This document shows, piece after piece, positions 38,883 through 53,800 of a DNA stretch of 64,000 nt. Under the pieces are notes generated by a model. That model ran no database searches and had not been told where the DNA came from. It worked only from the letters and a program-made list of their open reading frames with translations. Made by a program: the position numbers and the translations under genes. This DNA comes from Phycisphaeraceae bacterium. Lineage in GTDB: Bacteria; Planctomycetota; Phycisphaerae; Phycisphaerales; Phycisphaeraceae. The DNA lies in NCBI GenBank assembly GCA_963674705.1, contig OY771506.1, forward strand, positions 960,001 to 1,024,000, in the 5' to 3' direction. The stretch's first letter is position 1. Every line of letters starts with the position of its first letter.

Positions 38883-41800
38883 TCAGGCAACTTCACTTTC
38901 CCAGAGGCCCAGCGTCGGCTCAAACTTCTCTTCATCGCTCTGCCCAAAGGCGGATCTTACCGGGGCCTGCCGCCAACCGGTTACTGTTGTGGTCTGCTGC
39001 TGGGTTTGCTTCTGCTGTTGTTGAGTCTGACGCTGCTGTTGCAGCTGCTGCTGTTGCGTTTGCTGAGCAGGTTTACGTGTCTGGGTTTGTTGTTGGGTTT
39101 GTTGTTGCGTTTGTTGCTGTTGTTGTTGACTCTGACCTGTCGCGGCCTGGCTCTGAGTCTGCGTCTGGGTTTGTGACTGAGACTCCGACTGCTGCGAGCT
39201 GTTGGAAGCAAGTTCTTCGTCCTCACTCACAGACACAGCCTGAGCTACCGGCGGCGTGCCGGCGTTCCAGTTATTCAGCACGATATCCAAGTCTGTCAGA
39301 CCCACGTACCCATCACCGGACGGATCGCCGGACAGCCAATCACCCGCGGTGACGTACTGGTTCCAGTTGTTGAGGACGATGTCCAGATCATCCAGGCCCA
39401 CGAAGCCGTCACTATTGAGGTCGCCTGAGATAGGCTGAACGTCGATGCTGCCGGCGATGTAGTTGTAGGTCTTGCCGCCGAGATCGGTCGGGCCGTCAGC
39501 GGTGACGTTGGTGGTGCCGATCGACGCGGCGCCCGGGAGCACCGTGAAGTCGAGGATAGCCACTTCCCCGCCACCAGCGGGCATCGGGCCATCCGCACGG
39601 TAGAACGCGAGCTTGATCGTGCCGGCCAAATCATCGACGTTGGCCACGACATTCCACCCACCGGCGCCACTGAGCAGGCTGCCTAGTGAGACGTCGCCAT
39701 TGGTGATATCAAGCACGTCGGTGTCGTAGGCCAAGTCGATGTTGAACCCGAGCAGGCCGTCGGCATCATCGATGTTGATCGGAACGCTGACGGTGGTGCC
39801 GATGTTGGCAACCACACCGCTGGAGACCGTCAGGACCGGGTCTTCGCCGGGCACGCCGGCCGGTGCAACGGCAGGCAGGTCCGGGATCTCAGGCCGTGGC
39901 AACGCAACGGACTTCTGGGCGACGTAGGACGCGTCCAGGCCGTTGAGTGTGCCCGTGCCGGTGGAGTTCGCCAAGATGACCGGATCGGTCTTGTCGAAGG
40001 CATCGAAGCCCGTGACGAGGTCAACCACAACGCCCGAGATCAGGCTCGCATCCAGGCCGGAGAAGAAGAAGTCACCGTCGACATCACCAAGGTATGCGGC
40101 CTTGTGCAGGGCACGATCGCCCACCGAGTTGATGAAGCCGCCGTTCACCGCAACGCTCTGGAGGCGGATGACCTGAGCGCCACCGAACTCGGCAGAACTC
40201 GGGACATTTGCGGTCAAGGTAACGATCTGAACATCGCTGCCGCTGAGCGTCGTGATACCCGAGGTCGTGACCTTCAGATGGCCCGGCGAAACAAGGTTGT
40301 ATGTCACCGACCAGTCGCCCGGCAACGAAGCGCCAAGGCTGACGCCGGTGATATTCAACAGGGTTGCATCGAAGATGACATCGAAGTCCACGGCATTCAC
40401 GCCGGTGGCATCGTCCAGCGTCACCGGCAAGCCAAGACCTGTTGCAGGTACATCCACGGTCTGACCCGGGCCACGGGCGAAGTCCGGCAGGCTCAGGACA
40501 CGGTCCGTGCTGGCGGTCACCGTGAAGTTCATCACATAATTATCACCAGGCGTGCCATCGGAATTACCGTCAAGCAGCGCACCCGTACCGGCTTCCTTCA
40601 TGGCGTTAAGACCGCTGACCATGAATACGGTGTAGTTGCCGGCTTCGAGCACCCCACCGGTCTTGATCCAAGTGAGCTTGTTCGAGGACGGATTGAAGAT
40701 TGCTGAGCCGGCCACCTCGCCGCTGGTATCGACGACGTAGAGGTCCGCCAGTTCAACCGGTGCATCATACGAGTCGTACAGGTTGAACACACCCATATCA
40801 AGATCACCACTGAACACGGCCTCGAAGCCGCTGGCGTTCGTGGTGAAGTTCAGGACACGGAACGTGGTCGCGTTAACCGTGATCGTCGTCACTTCTTCGT
40901 ATGACCCGCCGTCCTTATCACGGATCCGGCCGCGGACGTCATACGTACCCGGGGTGGTCAGGTAAAGACCCGGAACGGTCGCGAAGTTCAACGACGAACC
41001 GATGATCTCGAACGTGCCGTCGTCGCCGAAGTCATAGTCATACACCAGCGAGGACGCATCGACCGGGGATGGGTCGCCCTGTGCGTACCAAGTGACGAAT
41101 CCCGCAGTTCCGGCATTGACCGGCCCGCCGTTGTCGAACGTGCCGTACGGATCGAGGTTATTGACCGACAACGGCAGGATGCCGGCGTTGGCGTGGATGC
41201 CATCCTCGTCGGTCAGTTCGACCGAAATCTGGCTGACGCCACCCGGGCCGTCCTGGTAGGTATGCGAGACCAGACCGCTCATCAGGGCGATCTGTGCCGA
41301 TGTGTAGACATCAAAGTTGCCGTCGCCCCAGATCACGCGGTACTGGATAACCGTGTCGTCGCCCGGATCGGTAACGGCGCCGATGCTCAACGTGTAGACA
41401 TCGGCCTCGTCCGTCGTGGCTGCACCGGACAGTGCAACCGTCGGCGCGACGTTATTAACAGTGGCTGTCAGCGAGTTGTCGGTCAACACGCCTGGGCCGG
41501 CATCTTCTTCAAGCGTCACGCTAATCGCGTAGACATACGGGCTGCCGCTTGGGACAGGACCGTTATCGTCATAGGTGTGGGTGATGCTCAGCGTGCTGAG
41601 GTCAAACACACCGGCGGGCACGGCAATGATATCCGTGTTGCCGTCGCCCCAATTGACCGTGAGAGTGTGATCCTGCGGTGAGTTGCTGAAGGTGCCCAAG
41701 AGCTGCACCGAGCTGCCCTCACCAATCGTCGCAACATCCAGCGAGACGGACAGACTCAGCAGGTCAGCGAAGTCGACGAAGCCAAGGTTGTTGTCGTCAC

Positions 41801-44800
41801 TGTCGTGGTAGACAACATTTTCAATGCCGCTGGGGCTCGCATCATCCCACGTGTTACCAAAGGCCGGGACATCCGGCGGGAGGCCCTGCGTGCCGACGAG
41901 TCCGCTGTCGCTGTTGAGGTTAACGATCGCGCCGCTGGAAGCGGTGGCGGCCGTTGTGTAGCCGCTGAAGTCATTGAGGCCGGCGCTGGAGCCGTTGGAT
42001 CCGGAGCCGGTACCGAGGCCTGTGATATCCGAGCCGGTGTTGTCACCGAGGTCAGCGATACCGTCGTTCTGTATCAACACGCCGATCGTGTTGCCATTGA
42101 GATCATTATTCTCGATCAGGGCGGTGCCGCCGGCGACATCGATGCCGACTTCGTGGCCGGTGATCGTCGTCGGATTGTTGACGATGCTGGCTGAGCCGCC
42201 GGCGCTGACGAGTACGCCTGTCGAACCTGCCGTACCTGTGATATCACTATTCGTGATGCTGGCCGAACCGGTGCTGCCGACGTCGACGCCGATTGCGTTA
42301 CCGCTGATGGTCGCACCATCGATCGTCACACTGCCATTGCTATCGACATCCACACCGGTCGTGCCGTTCTGGATCGTCGTGCCGGCATTGATCGACACAG
42401 ACGCACCGTTGATCGACACGCCGTACTCGTTGCCGTCAAGCGTGTCACCGGTCAGTGTCACGATGCTTGTGTCCGTGCCGTCGTAACCGGCAGCGACACC
42501 ACTGGTGGAGTTGCTTATCACGTTGCCGGACAGATGCGCTTCGGTGCCGGGCGCGAAGTAGGTCGTCACAAGCACGCCCGCGGACGTCGAGCCGTCGGAA
42601 GCGGCCACACCGAGGTTGTCCGTGATGATGTTGTTGTTGATATTGGCGATCGCACCTGCGCTGACTTCGACCGCGTAGTCGAGGAAGTCGCCGACGCCCT
42701 TACCGGTGTAGGTGTTGCCGCTGAACGTACCGGTCGTCCCGGCGCCGAAGTACTGCACGCCGATCCTGCCGATCGTGTCGAAGTAGGAGTTGGTCACATC
42801 GACCGCACCGACGCCGCCGAATGCCGCGATAGCCGTACCCGCGTAAGGCGAGCCGGACGCGCTGTACTGGATCGTGCTGAACGCCACATCGTCGAACGAG
42901 CCGGTACCGAGATGCCGTACGGCCTGCCAGACGCTGTTGCCCGTGCCGTCATACGTCAGGCTGCTGACATCCAGGTCGATGCCCGCATTGACCAGCCACC
43001 AGCCGCGTGCATTGCCGCTGGTCGAGGTGTCGTAGCCCGGGGTCAGGATCGTGCCGACCCGGCTCTGACCGTCGATGGTCAGATTCTTATCGATGACGAC
43101 CTGTGAGCCTTCAACATACGTGCCGTCCTGGATATAGATCGTGTCGCCGGCCGTAGCCACATCCACCGCACGCTGCACCATCGCGTTGGTATTGATACCG
43201 CTGACGAAGCTGCTGGTGGTCAGGTAGTGGTTGCCCGCCGGGTCGAAGTCGATCAAGGCCGCGCCGTCCACATCGATCGCGTGGACGATCTGGTCCTCGA
43301 TGGTCCAGAACGCCGGGTCGCCCGTGCTGAGCGCGGCCGGGTTGACGCCGTCGAACGTTGCGCCGGTGACGTCGATCGTGTTTGAACTGACGAAGTAGGC
43401 CGGGGCAGGCGACGGGTTCACCGCTGCGAGGCTGATCGCCGCCGCCGTGTTGTCGAAGCCGGTAAACGTGCTGCCTGCCACGCTGATCATGTCAGGCGAC
43501 AACGTGCCTGTCTCATCCAGACCCAGCGCCGAGGCGCCGGCGGTTGAAGCCGCGCCGCGGACAAAGTCCGCATCGGCATCGACATTCGTCACGTTGCCGA
43601 ACATCATCAGGCCGATGACGTTGTTGCTCAGCGTGACGCTGTCACCGATCGTCTGGCCGATCTGGATGTTGTCGATCGAGCTTGTGACACCCGCGTTGAA
43701 CAGTGTAATGCCGCCGAACAGGAAGTCGCTGATGCTGATTGTTCCACCGATCGTGACATCACTGATCGAGCTGGCGCCGTGAGCATCATCGACGTACAAG
43801 CTGATACCGTTGCTTCCTTCCGGCCGCGTCGACGAACCATCGGAGAACGTGCCGCCGATGATGTCAATGTTCGAGCTGGCCCCGGTCGTGCTTGCACGAG
43901 CGGAGATACCGATGCCCGCCGAGTAGTTATCGACCGCGGTGAGGTTTGTCAGGACCGCGTCACGCACGCCGTTGAGGTCGAAACCATGTCCAACCGTCGG
44001 CGGGTTGACCGCACCGTTGTTGCTGGCGGTCGAATCCGTGATGACAAGGTCATCCATGTCGGACAGGTGGAAGCCGTCAAGGTCGTTGCCCGAGGATTCG
44101 ACATTGAGTATTTCGATGTGATCCTGGCCGTAAGCCACGACGCCATGACTCGCAGAACCGGTCACGTGCAGGTCCTGGACCGTCAGGCGATTCGAGGCAT
44201 CAAGACCGCTTGCACTGATCTGCAGACCGTACGTGCTGGATGCCGGGGTGATGATCGTATCCACCGCCGGGTTGCTGCCGCTGCCGGCGCCATCGAGGTT
44301 GACGTAACGGTTCACGTTGACGTCTTCGATATAGGTACCGGCATCGATAAAGACCGTGCCGCCCTCATCGACCACCTCGATACCACGGTTGATCAGGCTG
44401 CTGAAGGTCTCGGTGATGTAAGCCGTCCCGTCGACGACTTCAACAAAGCCGTGGAACGAGTTGAGGTGAGACGGATGATCCGGCTCAACGTAGTGCAGGA
44501 TGCGGTCTTCAACCTCGAACAATTCATCAAGCGTGAGGCTGGAGGCGGCGACCTGCGTGCCCGTTGTGGTATCCCACTGGGTATCCGTGCCGTCGGCCCG
44601 GAGCCAGGCAAAGTTATTATCCGGTGCGAACTCGATATCAGATACCAGCCCGCTGATACTGCTGACGATGCCGCGGAAGTAGGTGTTACCCAGGTCGACA
44701 CTGGCGGGAGTCGCTGTACCCTTGGAGGCAAGATCACCCACTGCGTCGAACCGCAGGACCGCACCCCACCCGCCGACCAGGTCGGAAGCGCCACCGCCGA

Positions 44801-47800
44801 GTACGACGTCGTTGAACGAGAAGTTGCTGACATCGGTGTACCGCTGGATGCCGATGAACTGATTGCGGTACGTGCCGGTGACTTCAATATCGTCAAGCAC
44901 GATGTTGCCGCCGGCGAGTACGCCCGTGCCATCACCCGCACCCACGCCGCGGAACTGGATCGCACTGCGTGCGCCGCTGCCGGCGCCTTCGTTGCGGTTG
45001 CCGACGTGGACCAGGCCGGTCAGTGTCGCGTCGCCGTTGTATTCGAAGAACTGGATGTCAGCCGTACCGCCGCTGCCGGCGATGCCGTTGTTGGAGAACG
45101 TCAGGTTGGTCAGATCAACATCCTGCACGGAGATGCCTGTGCCCGCGTCGCCGAAGACCGCGATCGCGTAGTAGTTGAATCCGGTGAAGTCACCGTTGGT
45201 GATCGACAGGTTGGCAAAGTCGGCCGCGGAGCCGACATAGACACCGGCGTTAGCCGTGCCGTTTAGGCCGTCGAAGTCGATATCCTGGATCGTGACGGTC
45301 TGGTCGTCACCGAAGCCGCTGCCGGCGATCGTGACGATGTTGCCGCTGCCGCTTGGCGTCCATAGCGTCGAGCTGCCCTGGCCGATGAGGTTGATGTCCT
45401 TATCGACGGTGACATTCTCGGCGAACGTGCCGGCGGTCAAGGTGACCGTCGCGTCTTCATTGGACTGATCGATAGCGGTCTGGATCGAGCCGGTGTAGCC
45501 CGCGGTGGGCTCGGTGATCCCGGCGGCTGTCAGGTAACCCTGAATCGCGGCGGAGACCGCCAGGTTGTTCGTCCAGACATGCTGGCCGGTCAGGTTGACC
45601 GAAGCACGCGGCAGGTCGCCGGCATTCATGACGTACAACTCGACGTTGGAGAAGTCCGCCACATCCTGTGTGACGCTGCTGCCGCTGTCTGCAAGCAACC
45701 GCACACCGACGGACATGTTGGCATAGGAATCGTTGGCGATCGTCACGTTACTGCTGACACCCGCAAGCGGGTTCGCGCCGCTGCCGGCGAAGGTCACGGA
45801 GACGCCCGTGCCGACATCGTTGAGGCCATCAGCCAGGTCATGCAGAGCATTACCGGTGATGGTCGCGCCGTTCACGTCATAGAGGTTGATGCCGTAGCCG
45901 CTTGCCGTGCCGACCGAGCCGAGGTCATAGATCTCGTTGCCGACGATCGACAGGTTGGACAGTTCGCCCCACGTGCTGACGCCGTTGCTGTCGCCGAGGA
46001 TGCCGTAGGTCAGCTCGCTGCCCGAGACCACCGGGTTCGGCAGAGCCATGCCGTGGATGAAGTTGTTTTCAATCGCGATGTTGTCGAGGTTGTTGCCGCC
46101 ACCAGAAATGTAGATGCCGTAGTTCGTGGCAGAACCACCGACGATTTCGAAACCGGCGAAGGTCACATCGCTGCTGGTGATGCGGATGCCTTCACCGATC
46201 GCACCTTCCTGGCCCTGCAGGTCGATGATCGCTTCGCTTGCATCACCGGCCGTACGACCGGACGTCGATGTGCCTGCATACGCGTCGCTGTGCAGGTTGA
46301 CCGACTGATCGAGGTCGAATCGCTCGTTATACGTACCGGCAAAGACGATGATCTCGCCGCCGGCGCTTACCGCGTCAAGCGCATCATTGATATTGGCAAA
46401 CGCATCGATGCCGTAGATCGCACTCACGCCGCCCACACCGTCCGGATCAACACCGACCACGGTGCCTGCCCAATCGTCGTCCACGTAAATCGGCGAGGTG
46501 ACGCCCGCGCCCTGCGGGTTGGTCGCGATGACCATGCTGCGGGTCGCGTCGTCCGTATCATCAAACACGATGGATTCGATCACGCCGGCAACTGTCGAAC
46601 CGAAGCTGTTGTTATCCGCATAAACATCGGGCTGTGCCGCGAGGTTCAGGTCTTCGATCGCGTAGTTACCGCCGACACCACTGTAGCCGGTCAGGTCGTT
46701 GTTACCGACGCTGGCAAGCGATCCGCCGCCGAGGTCGGCCGTCGCCCCGCCGTCAACCAGCACGCCTACCTGGTTGCCGGTCAGGTCGGTGTTCTGCACC
46801 GCGACCTGGCCGCCGACGATGGCGATGCCGACATCGACGTTGTCGCTGACATCGGCGTCGATGAGCACACCGCTCGGGCCGGTGTTGGCCTTACCGGGTT
46901 CACCGATACGGATGCCGATCTGGTTGCCGCTGATGGTCGTGCCGTCGATCACGACATCCGTAAGCGTCGCCGGGTTGGAGGCGTAGCTCGGGTCGTTGCC
47001 CGTGCCGCGCGCCTTGATCGTCAGGCCGGTGCCGTTTACTGCGTCGCCCGTGCCGGAGTTGGTGATCGCACCGCCGAGGATATCGATGTTGGTGTATGTG
47101 CCGTACTTCAGGTTGATATCGATACCCGAGTCATAGGTAGCCGCGCCACCCGTACCGCTGCTATCGACAGTGACATTATCGAGCGTCGCGTTGTCGAGTT
47201 TCTCGGTATAGAAACCCTTCTCCAGGTTATTGGAGAAGCTGGTGTTCTGGATGAGGATATCGGTGAAGTTCGCCTCGTTGTTCGTAATCGAACCGGAAGC
47301 GTAGACGGTCATGCCGTAATCGTTGCCGTCGAACGCGCTGTTGAGCAGGTCGAAGCCGACGATCGCGCCGAGCGTGGCGACACGCATGCCTGTCCCGTTG
47401 CCGGTCAGCGTGACGTCGTCGAACATCAGGTCCGTCAAGGAACTCTGGACGCTGACACCACGTGCGGCATTGTCTGCCTGGACGTGCAACAACTGAACGC
47501 CATCAACAGCCGTGTCGAACCGCACGGCATCGTTGGCATTAGTGATACGCAGGTTACTCAGGACCAGGTCATCCGCATGAACCAGTACGCCGTGCGACGC
47601 AACGCCGCCGGCATTGATGATGCTGCTCAAGCCCTGACCGTCGATCGTGACGCTCTTGTTCGCATCGACCGTACCTTCGAACGTACCGGCCGCCACGTTG
47701 ATCGTGTCACCGCCGACCGCGGCATCGACCGCCGCCTGGATGCTCATCGTGTTGCCGGTGTTATCGAAGACGTACAACTGCGTCGGGCCGCTGTTCGGCA

Positions 47801-50800
47801 GGCCGTTGGAATCGTCAGCCTCCTGGATGTAGCGGTCGTTGGCCGCGATGTGATCCGGCGAACCGGCTGCGGCGGCTTCTGCCTCAACAAGCGTCTGGTA
47901 GAAGCGTGTGTAGAGGTTGTCATTGTCTGACGTCGGGCCGCTCAGGGCGTAACCAAAGTCCGCCGAGAGGAACGTGACATCCGCGTTATCTGCCAGGTTG
48001 CTCGACCAGGAGATCAGTTCGGGATTGAGCGGATCGTTGTAGTTACCCATCTCAAGCTGCAAGCCGCCGTTGTCGGTCGCGGTTTCACCGAAGCTGTTCG
48101 TGCCGCTGAAGACGATGCCGCTTGTACCAAGCGGTGTGTATCGGCCCCAGGTAGCGATGGAGATGCCGATCCATGGGTTGTTGCTGGTCGTGATATTACT
48201 CAACGATGCACCATTGACATCGGTCATGAAGATGCCTGCGCCACCGTTGTTTTCAGACACAAGGTTGTTCAACGTGATGTTGCTGGCACCGAGGATGTCC
48301 AGGCCCGTACGGTAGCTGTCGCTGATGGTCACGCCATCAAGGACAACGCCGTCGACATCCGCAACCTTCACACCGTAGCGCGGCGTGCTGCTGGCATTGT
48401 TGCCGGTCACGGACAGGCTGCGAAGTTCGGTGTCGTCGGCCGTGAGATAGACGCCGGCATTGTTGTTGCCGGGTTGGCCGGTGTGGTCGATGATCGTCAC
48501 ACCCTGACCCTGACCGATGACCTTCACGCCTTCGGTGCTGATAAGCAGGTCTTCGTTGAACGTGCCGGCTTCAACATTGACGGTGTCCCCTACCGCCGCC
48601 ACGTTGACCGCGTTCTGGATCAGTTCATTACTCAGGCCTGTGCCCGGTGTCGTCACGTACAGATTGTCCGCCACCACGCGGATCAGACCGCTGGCCGCGT
48701 CGTCGGCTGCGTGATACATCTTGTCTTCGATGCGGAAGTTGTCGACCTCATCGTAGCTCGAACCGAGACCGACCAGGTTCATACCCAGGCCGGAAAGGTT
48801 CTCGATGTAATAATCGTCGCCGCCGAAGGTATTGCCCGCGCCGATCGTGATAGCGGTAGCGGTGGATGCCAACTGGATATCAACCAGGTTGTCGTTGGCG
48901 TTGTCGAAGCTGTTGCCGATGATGGTGGCCGAACCACTGACCAGGACGCCGATGTCGAGGTTCTGGAGGGTCACACCACTGACCATCGCCGAGTTACCGT
49001 CAGCGATCTGCACACCGATGCCGGACGCGCCGGTGATGCTGCCGCCGGTGATGTTGGCGGAACCCATGATCCCGCCGAGGTCGTAGGCGACGCCGGAATT
49101 GGTAACGATGTTGCCGTTCATCTCGACCGGCAGTGTGCCGGTGTAATCGATCGGGCTGCCGTAGTAGACATCGAGCCAATCGAAAGCCACATCAGCCTGG
49201 TCAACGGTGTTGTTGTCATAACTGACCGTGCTCGAAGCGCCGGAATGCGAGGTCACGCGGAAGGCTACCTGGGTTCCGGTGTTGCCGGCGTTGCCGCTGA
49301 AGCTGTTGCCCGAGACGGTGATGTTGCTCTGGTGGGCGTGGCCGTTTTCCCAGATGCCGTAGATGTTTTCACCACCACCGTTCATCACAACGATCTGGTT
49401 GCCGCTGATGTTCAAACCGTCGTAGTTCGTCCCGCCGTGCGTATTCGTTTGGATCGCGAACGTAGTCCCGTCACCGCTGCCATCCAACTCAAACAGGTTG
49501 TTGGTAATGGTGATGTTCGTGCCCCTACCGAAGTGAATACCGATGTTCTGGAAGCTGTCGGTCGCGTCGTCAGCCGCCACGCGGATGTGCATGTTATTGA
49601 TCGTCAGGTCGGAATAATCATCACCCGAATAGTAGAAGCCGATCGCGTTGTCGAAGTCGAGGATGCCGAAGTTCTCGAACGTCCAGCCGGTGTTCGTGCC
49701 GTTATCGAAGGCAAGGAACACGCCTTCCAGGTCGAAGCTCGTTATATCGCCCGGGCCCTGGATCGAAATGTTGTCAGCCGTGTTGGCGGTGACGGTCACA
49801 TCATTCTGGCCGTCTCCCAGCAGGATGCCGAAGTCGTCATCGGTCGATGCGACGCCGTCGTTGCCCAGTTCCCAGGATGCCAACGCGTTGGCTTCGTCCC
49901 AGTTAAAGATGCTGTCTGTGCCGTTGGGCAGCAGCATGATGGTGTCGCCCGCGGTAGCGGCTTCGATCGCGTTCTTGATACGGATGTAGTCGTTGTCCGC
50001 AGCCGTCGGCGACAGCGTCGGGGTGACGACGATCAGACCGCCCTGCAACTGGATGCGGCCAAGTGCCCCATCGTCCAACTGATCGGTGATCTTCGCTTCA
50101 GCAGCAGCCAACTGCGCCGGCGTCAGGCTCGCGCCGATCGTGCCATCAACCGTCACTGCCGAAGCATCGACGACAAGGTTATCCAGCGCGCCGTTAAGCA
50201 GCGTGACGTAGTCGCCGCTCTGGCCTGTGAACGACAGGTCATTAAGCGACAGGCCCGTAATCTGTGTACCAGCTCCGTCGATCTGCAAGCCGGTCGTCCC
50301 GCCGCTGATTGTGTTGCCCGCACCCACTGTCAGAACAGGATCAACCGTGGCGTCATCATCGATCATCTGCACGCCGATATCGGCGCCGCTGATCGTGTTA
50401 CCCGTGAGTGTGGCTTCGGAGTTGCCGCCGCTACCGCTGAACGCGACGATTGCAATACCGATGTTACCGCCGGTGATGTCGTTACCGGTCAGATCGGATG
50501 TGCTTTGATCAACAAGAATCCCCTCGTAACGGTTGGCAACCGATGAGCCGAGGATGTTGTTGCTGACCTGGACCGTACCGCCCCAGCTATAGATACCGAT
50601 GTCATTGGCGTCGATCGTGTTACCGTCGATCACCACGCCGCTGCCGGCATCGTAGAGCAGAATGCCGATGGACTGCCAGTCATTGAACAGGTCAGGCCCG
50701 CCGGTGGTGCCGCTGTACATGTGGTCGCTGATCGTGTTGCCGACCACCGTACCCGTCGCGCCGCCGAGCATGACGATGCCGTTCTGCGCGATCACCGTGA

Positions 50801-53800
50801 CATCACCGCTGCCGGTGATCATGTTGCCGCTGATGTCGACTGTCAGGCCGACGCCGCGCAGGTCGATGCCGTTCTTCTGGTAGTCTTCGATCGTGCTGTC
50901 GGTGACGCTGACCGTGTATGGCCCGCCATCATCAACACCGGCGAAGATCGCACGGCCGCGCTGCGTGCCGGCAAGCACGCTGTCGCGCACGCCTGTCACC
51001 GTCACGTTGTCGATCGTGACATTCGCGTTGAGGATGCCGATGCCGTCAAAATCATTGCCCGAAACCACCGCGTTGCCCGCGCCGTTGCCATCCACCGTCA
51101 ATGTCTGGATGGTCACCGTACCGCCGGTCACCGCGACGACAGACTGCTTGGTCTGCCCGCTGTAAACAAAGCTGTTATCCAGTGTCAGCACCGGAGGCGC
51201 CTGGATCACCGTGCCCAGTTCGCTCTCGCCCGTCACGACCAGACCGAAGTCGATGAGCAACTGCTCGCCATATGTGCCGTCATAGATCTTGACTTCACCG
51301 CTGCCGCCATTAACGACCGCGGCAATCGCATCGCTGATCGTGGCGAACTGATCGTAACCATATCCCGTGCCGTCGCCGTGCGAACCACCCGCGCCGTCGG
51401 CATCAACGCCGAGGGCCGTACCCGCCCAATCGTCATCGACATACACGATGGTCGGTGCGGTCAGGACCGGGGCCTGTGAGAACAGGACTTCGGTGTACTG
51501 CGCATCGTCAACGGTGTGATAGACGACGTTTTCAATCAGGACCGAAAGGTTCGAGCCGAAGTCGTTGCCTTGTGCATAGACATCAACATTGCCCGCCGCG
51601 TCTTCGTTGAGGTTTTCAATGGCGTAGTTGCCGGCGAGGCCCGAATAACCGGTCAGCGTATTGCCGCCGGCGCTGGTGCCGAGGCCCGTGTTGCCGCCGC
51701 CGCCCGCATCCACCTGTGCATCGCTGCTAACGCGGATGCCGACCGAGTTGCCCGCCAGGTCCGTACCTTCGACTAACGCGTTGGCGTTATCGACCGAAAG
51801 GCCGATCGTGTTGCTGTTGACGAAGCTGTTTAGCAACGTGAGGTTGCCGGCCGTCTGGTCGATACCGGTTGCCGCCCCGCTGATGGTCACGCCATCAAGC
51901 GTCAGGCCGCTGCCAAGGATCTGCGCGCCGGCTGTTGTCGCGGAAATCGACCCACCGGTGAGCGTCGCTTCACCATTGCCATCAACCTGCAAGCCGATGT
52001 CGTTGCCACTGAGCACAACACCGGTGAGTGACAGCGAGCCGCCGTCCACCAGGATGCCCACATCGTTGCCGGTCAGGCCGGACAGATCATCCAGCGAGGC
52101 GATGGTGACGTCGTAGCCGTTCGTGTCCGCATCGTATTCCGACAGCTTCAAGCCGAGGTCGTTGTTCGTAATCGCGTTATTGCTGAGCGTCGCGCTGATC
52201 TGGCGATCGCTGCTGGTCAAGGCCAGTTTGATACCCGTTTCCAGATCGTTGATGTCGTTATCCGAAATAACCGCGACCGCGTTGCCGTGGTCTTCACCTT
52301 CGGTCAGCAGGATACCCGTGCCGGCCCGGCCGGTGCCTTGGATCGTGTTGCCGACGATCTGCGTCACCTTGCTCAAGTCAGGCGTGTACTGAACGAGGAT
52401 ACCTGTGTTCTGATCGCCGACGGTGAGTTGGTTGTTCTGGATCGTAACTTCGCCCGGGTTCCACCAGACGTTCATGCCGATCACATCGCTGCCGCTTGAG
52501 ATATCGATGATGTTTTCATCGCCCGGGTTCGGCCCGCCGATCATGCTGCCATCCGCGAGATTCACCAGGCTCATGCCGATCCCGTACATCACGTAGCCGG
52601 TGTCCCGGATGTTGGTGATCTGGTTGCCCTGGATCGTCACGAGCGAAGCACCGGCATTGGTTCCGTCATAGAACAGGTTGTTCATCACGATGCCGACCGA
52701 GACATCATCAATGGTGTTGTCCAGAATCGTCGCGCTCGTATCAGCGACAATACCCCACAAGGCGTTGCTGATATCGTTGCCGATGAAGGTGGCCTGGGAA
52801 TAACCACGGATCGCCGCGGCGCTGGCGGTTGCATTGTCGCCGTTGACGTTGCTGATCGTGTTGTAGAGGAACTGCGCTTCGCCGATCGAGATGATGCCGT
52901 CGTTACGCGTCACATCGGTGATCAGGCTGTTTTCAACCACGTGACCGCTCGATGTAGTGCTGCCGATGTAGATACCACGGCGGTAGATGTTCTGAATCGT
53001 CACATCATCGACGTGCAGGTTATCGAAGCTGCCGCCGTCGGCAGTGGTGATACCCATACGGAAGTTGTGATCGTTGGGCGATAGCGCGGCGTTGGCTTCG
53101 CCGTCGATCGTCAGCGTCTGGATCGTGATGTCATCGGCCGCAACAATCAGGCCCTGCTGATACGTGCCGGCAAACCCGCCGTTGGCGTGATCGTCCACCG
53201 CCTTGGGCGCGATGATCACACCGGATCGGCTTTCGCCTTCCAGTGTCAACGACTGGCTGATCGTGGTGTTCGACTCGTTGTACTGGCCGTTGAGTACATG
53301 GACGGTGCCGCTGGCGTCGACCATGTCCACCGCTTCCTGCAGCCGCCCGGCCGTTCCGCTCTGCGCACCGAGTGTCGTCACATGCACCGTACCAAAGTCG
53401 CCTTGGAACCCGGCCGCGAGTACGTCAGTATCGGCGCTGCTGACCAGGAACGGGCTGAAGTCCACCAGGCCCAACGTCTGTGCCGCGACGCCCGCCTGTG
53501 TCATCGTGCCCCAATAGTTGCCGGAGGCATTCACTTTTGTCGCTGAGGAGTTACTGATCGCACGTACCGTGTTGCCCGCCAGGCTGCTGCCGAAGACGGT
53601 CGCCGAACCGGTCGCACCAACCAGCACGCCCGTGGCGTTACCGCTGATAACGCTTTCGCTGATAGCCGCGCTGCCGGCCGAAGCACTGACGCCTGCGGTA
53701 TTCGCATTGATGATCTGGCTGCCCACAACCTGCGCGCTGCCGCCATTGACAATCTCAACACCGAAGATCCCGGCGTTGGTCAGAATCGACGCGTCAACAG

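Noticed and set aside
43779..50546. Long plus-strand ORFs (495, 783 and 690 aa) inside the giant gene
   Set aside because: Antisense shadows of a codon-biased GC-rich gene; no recognisable motifs
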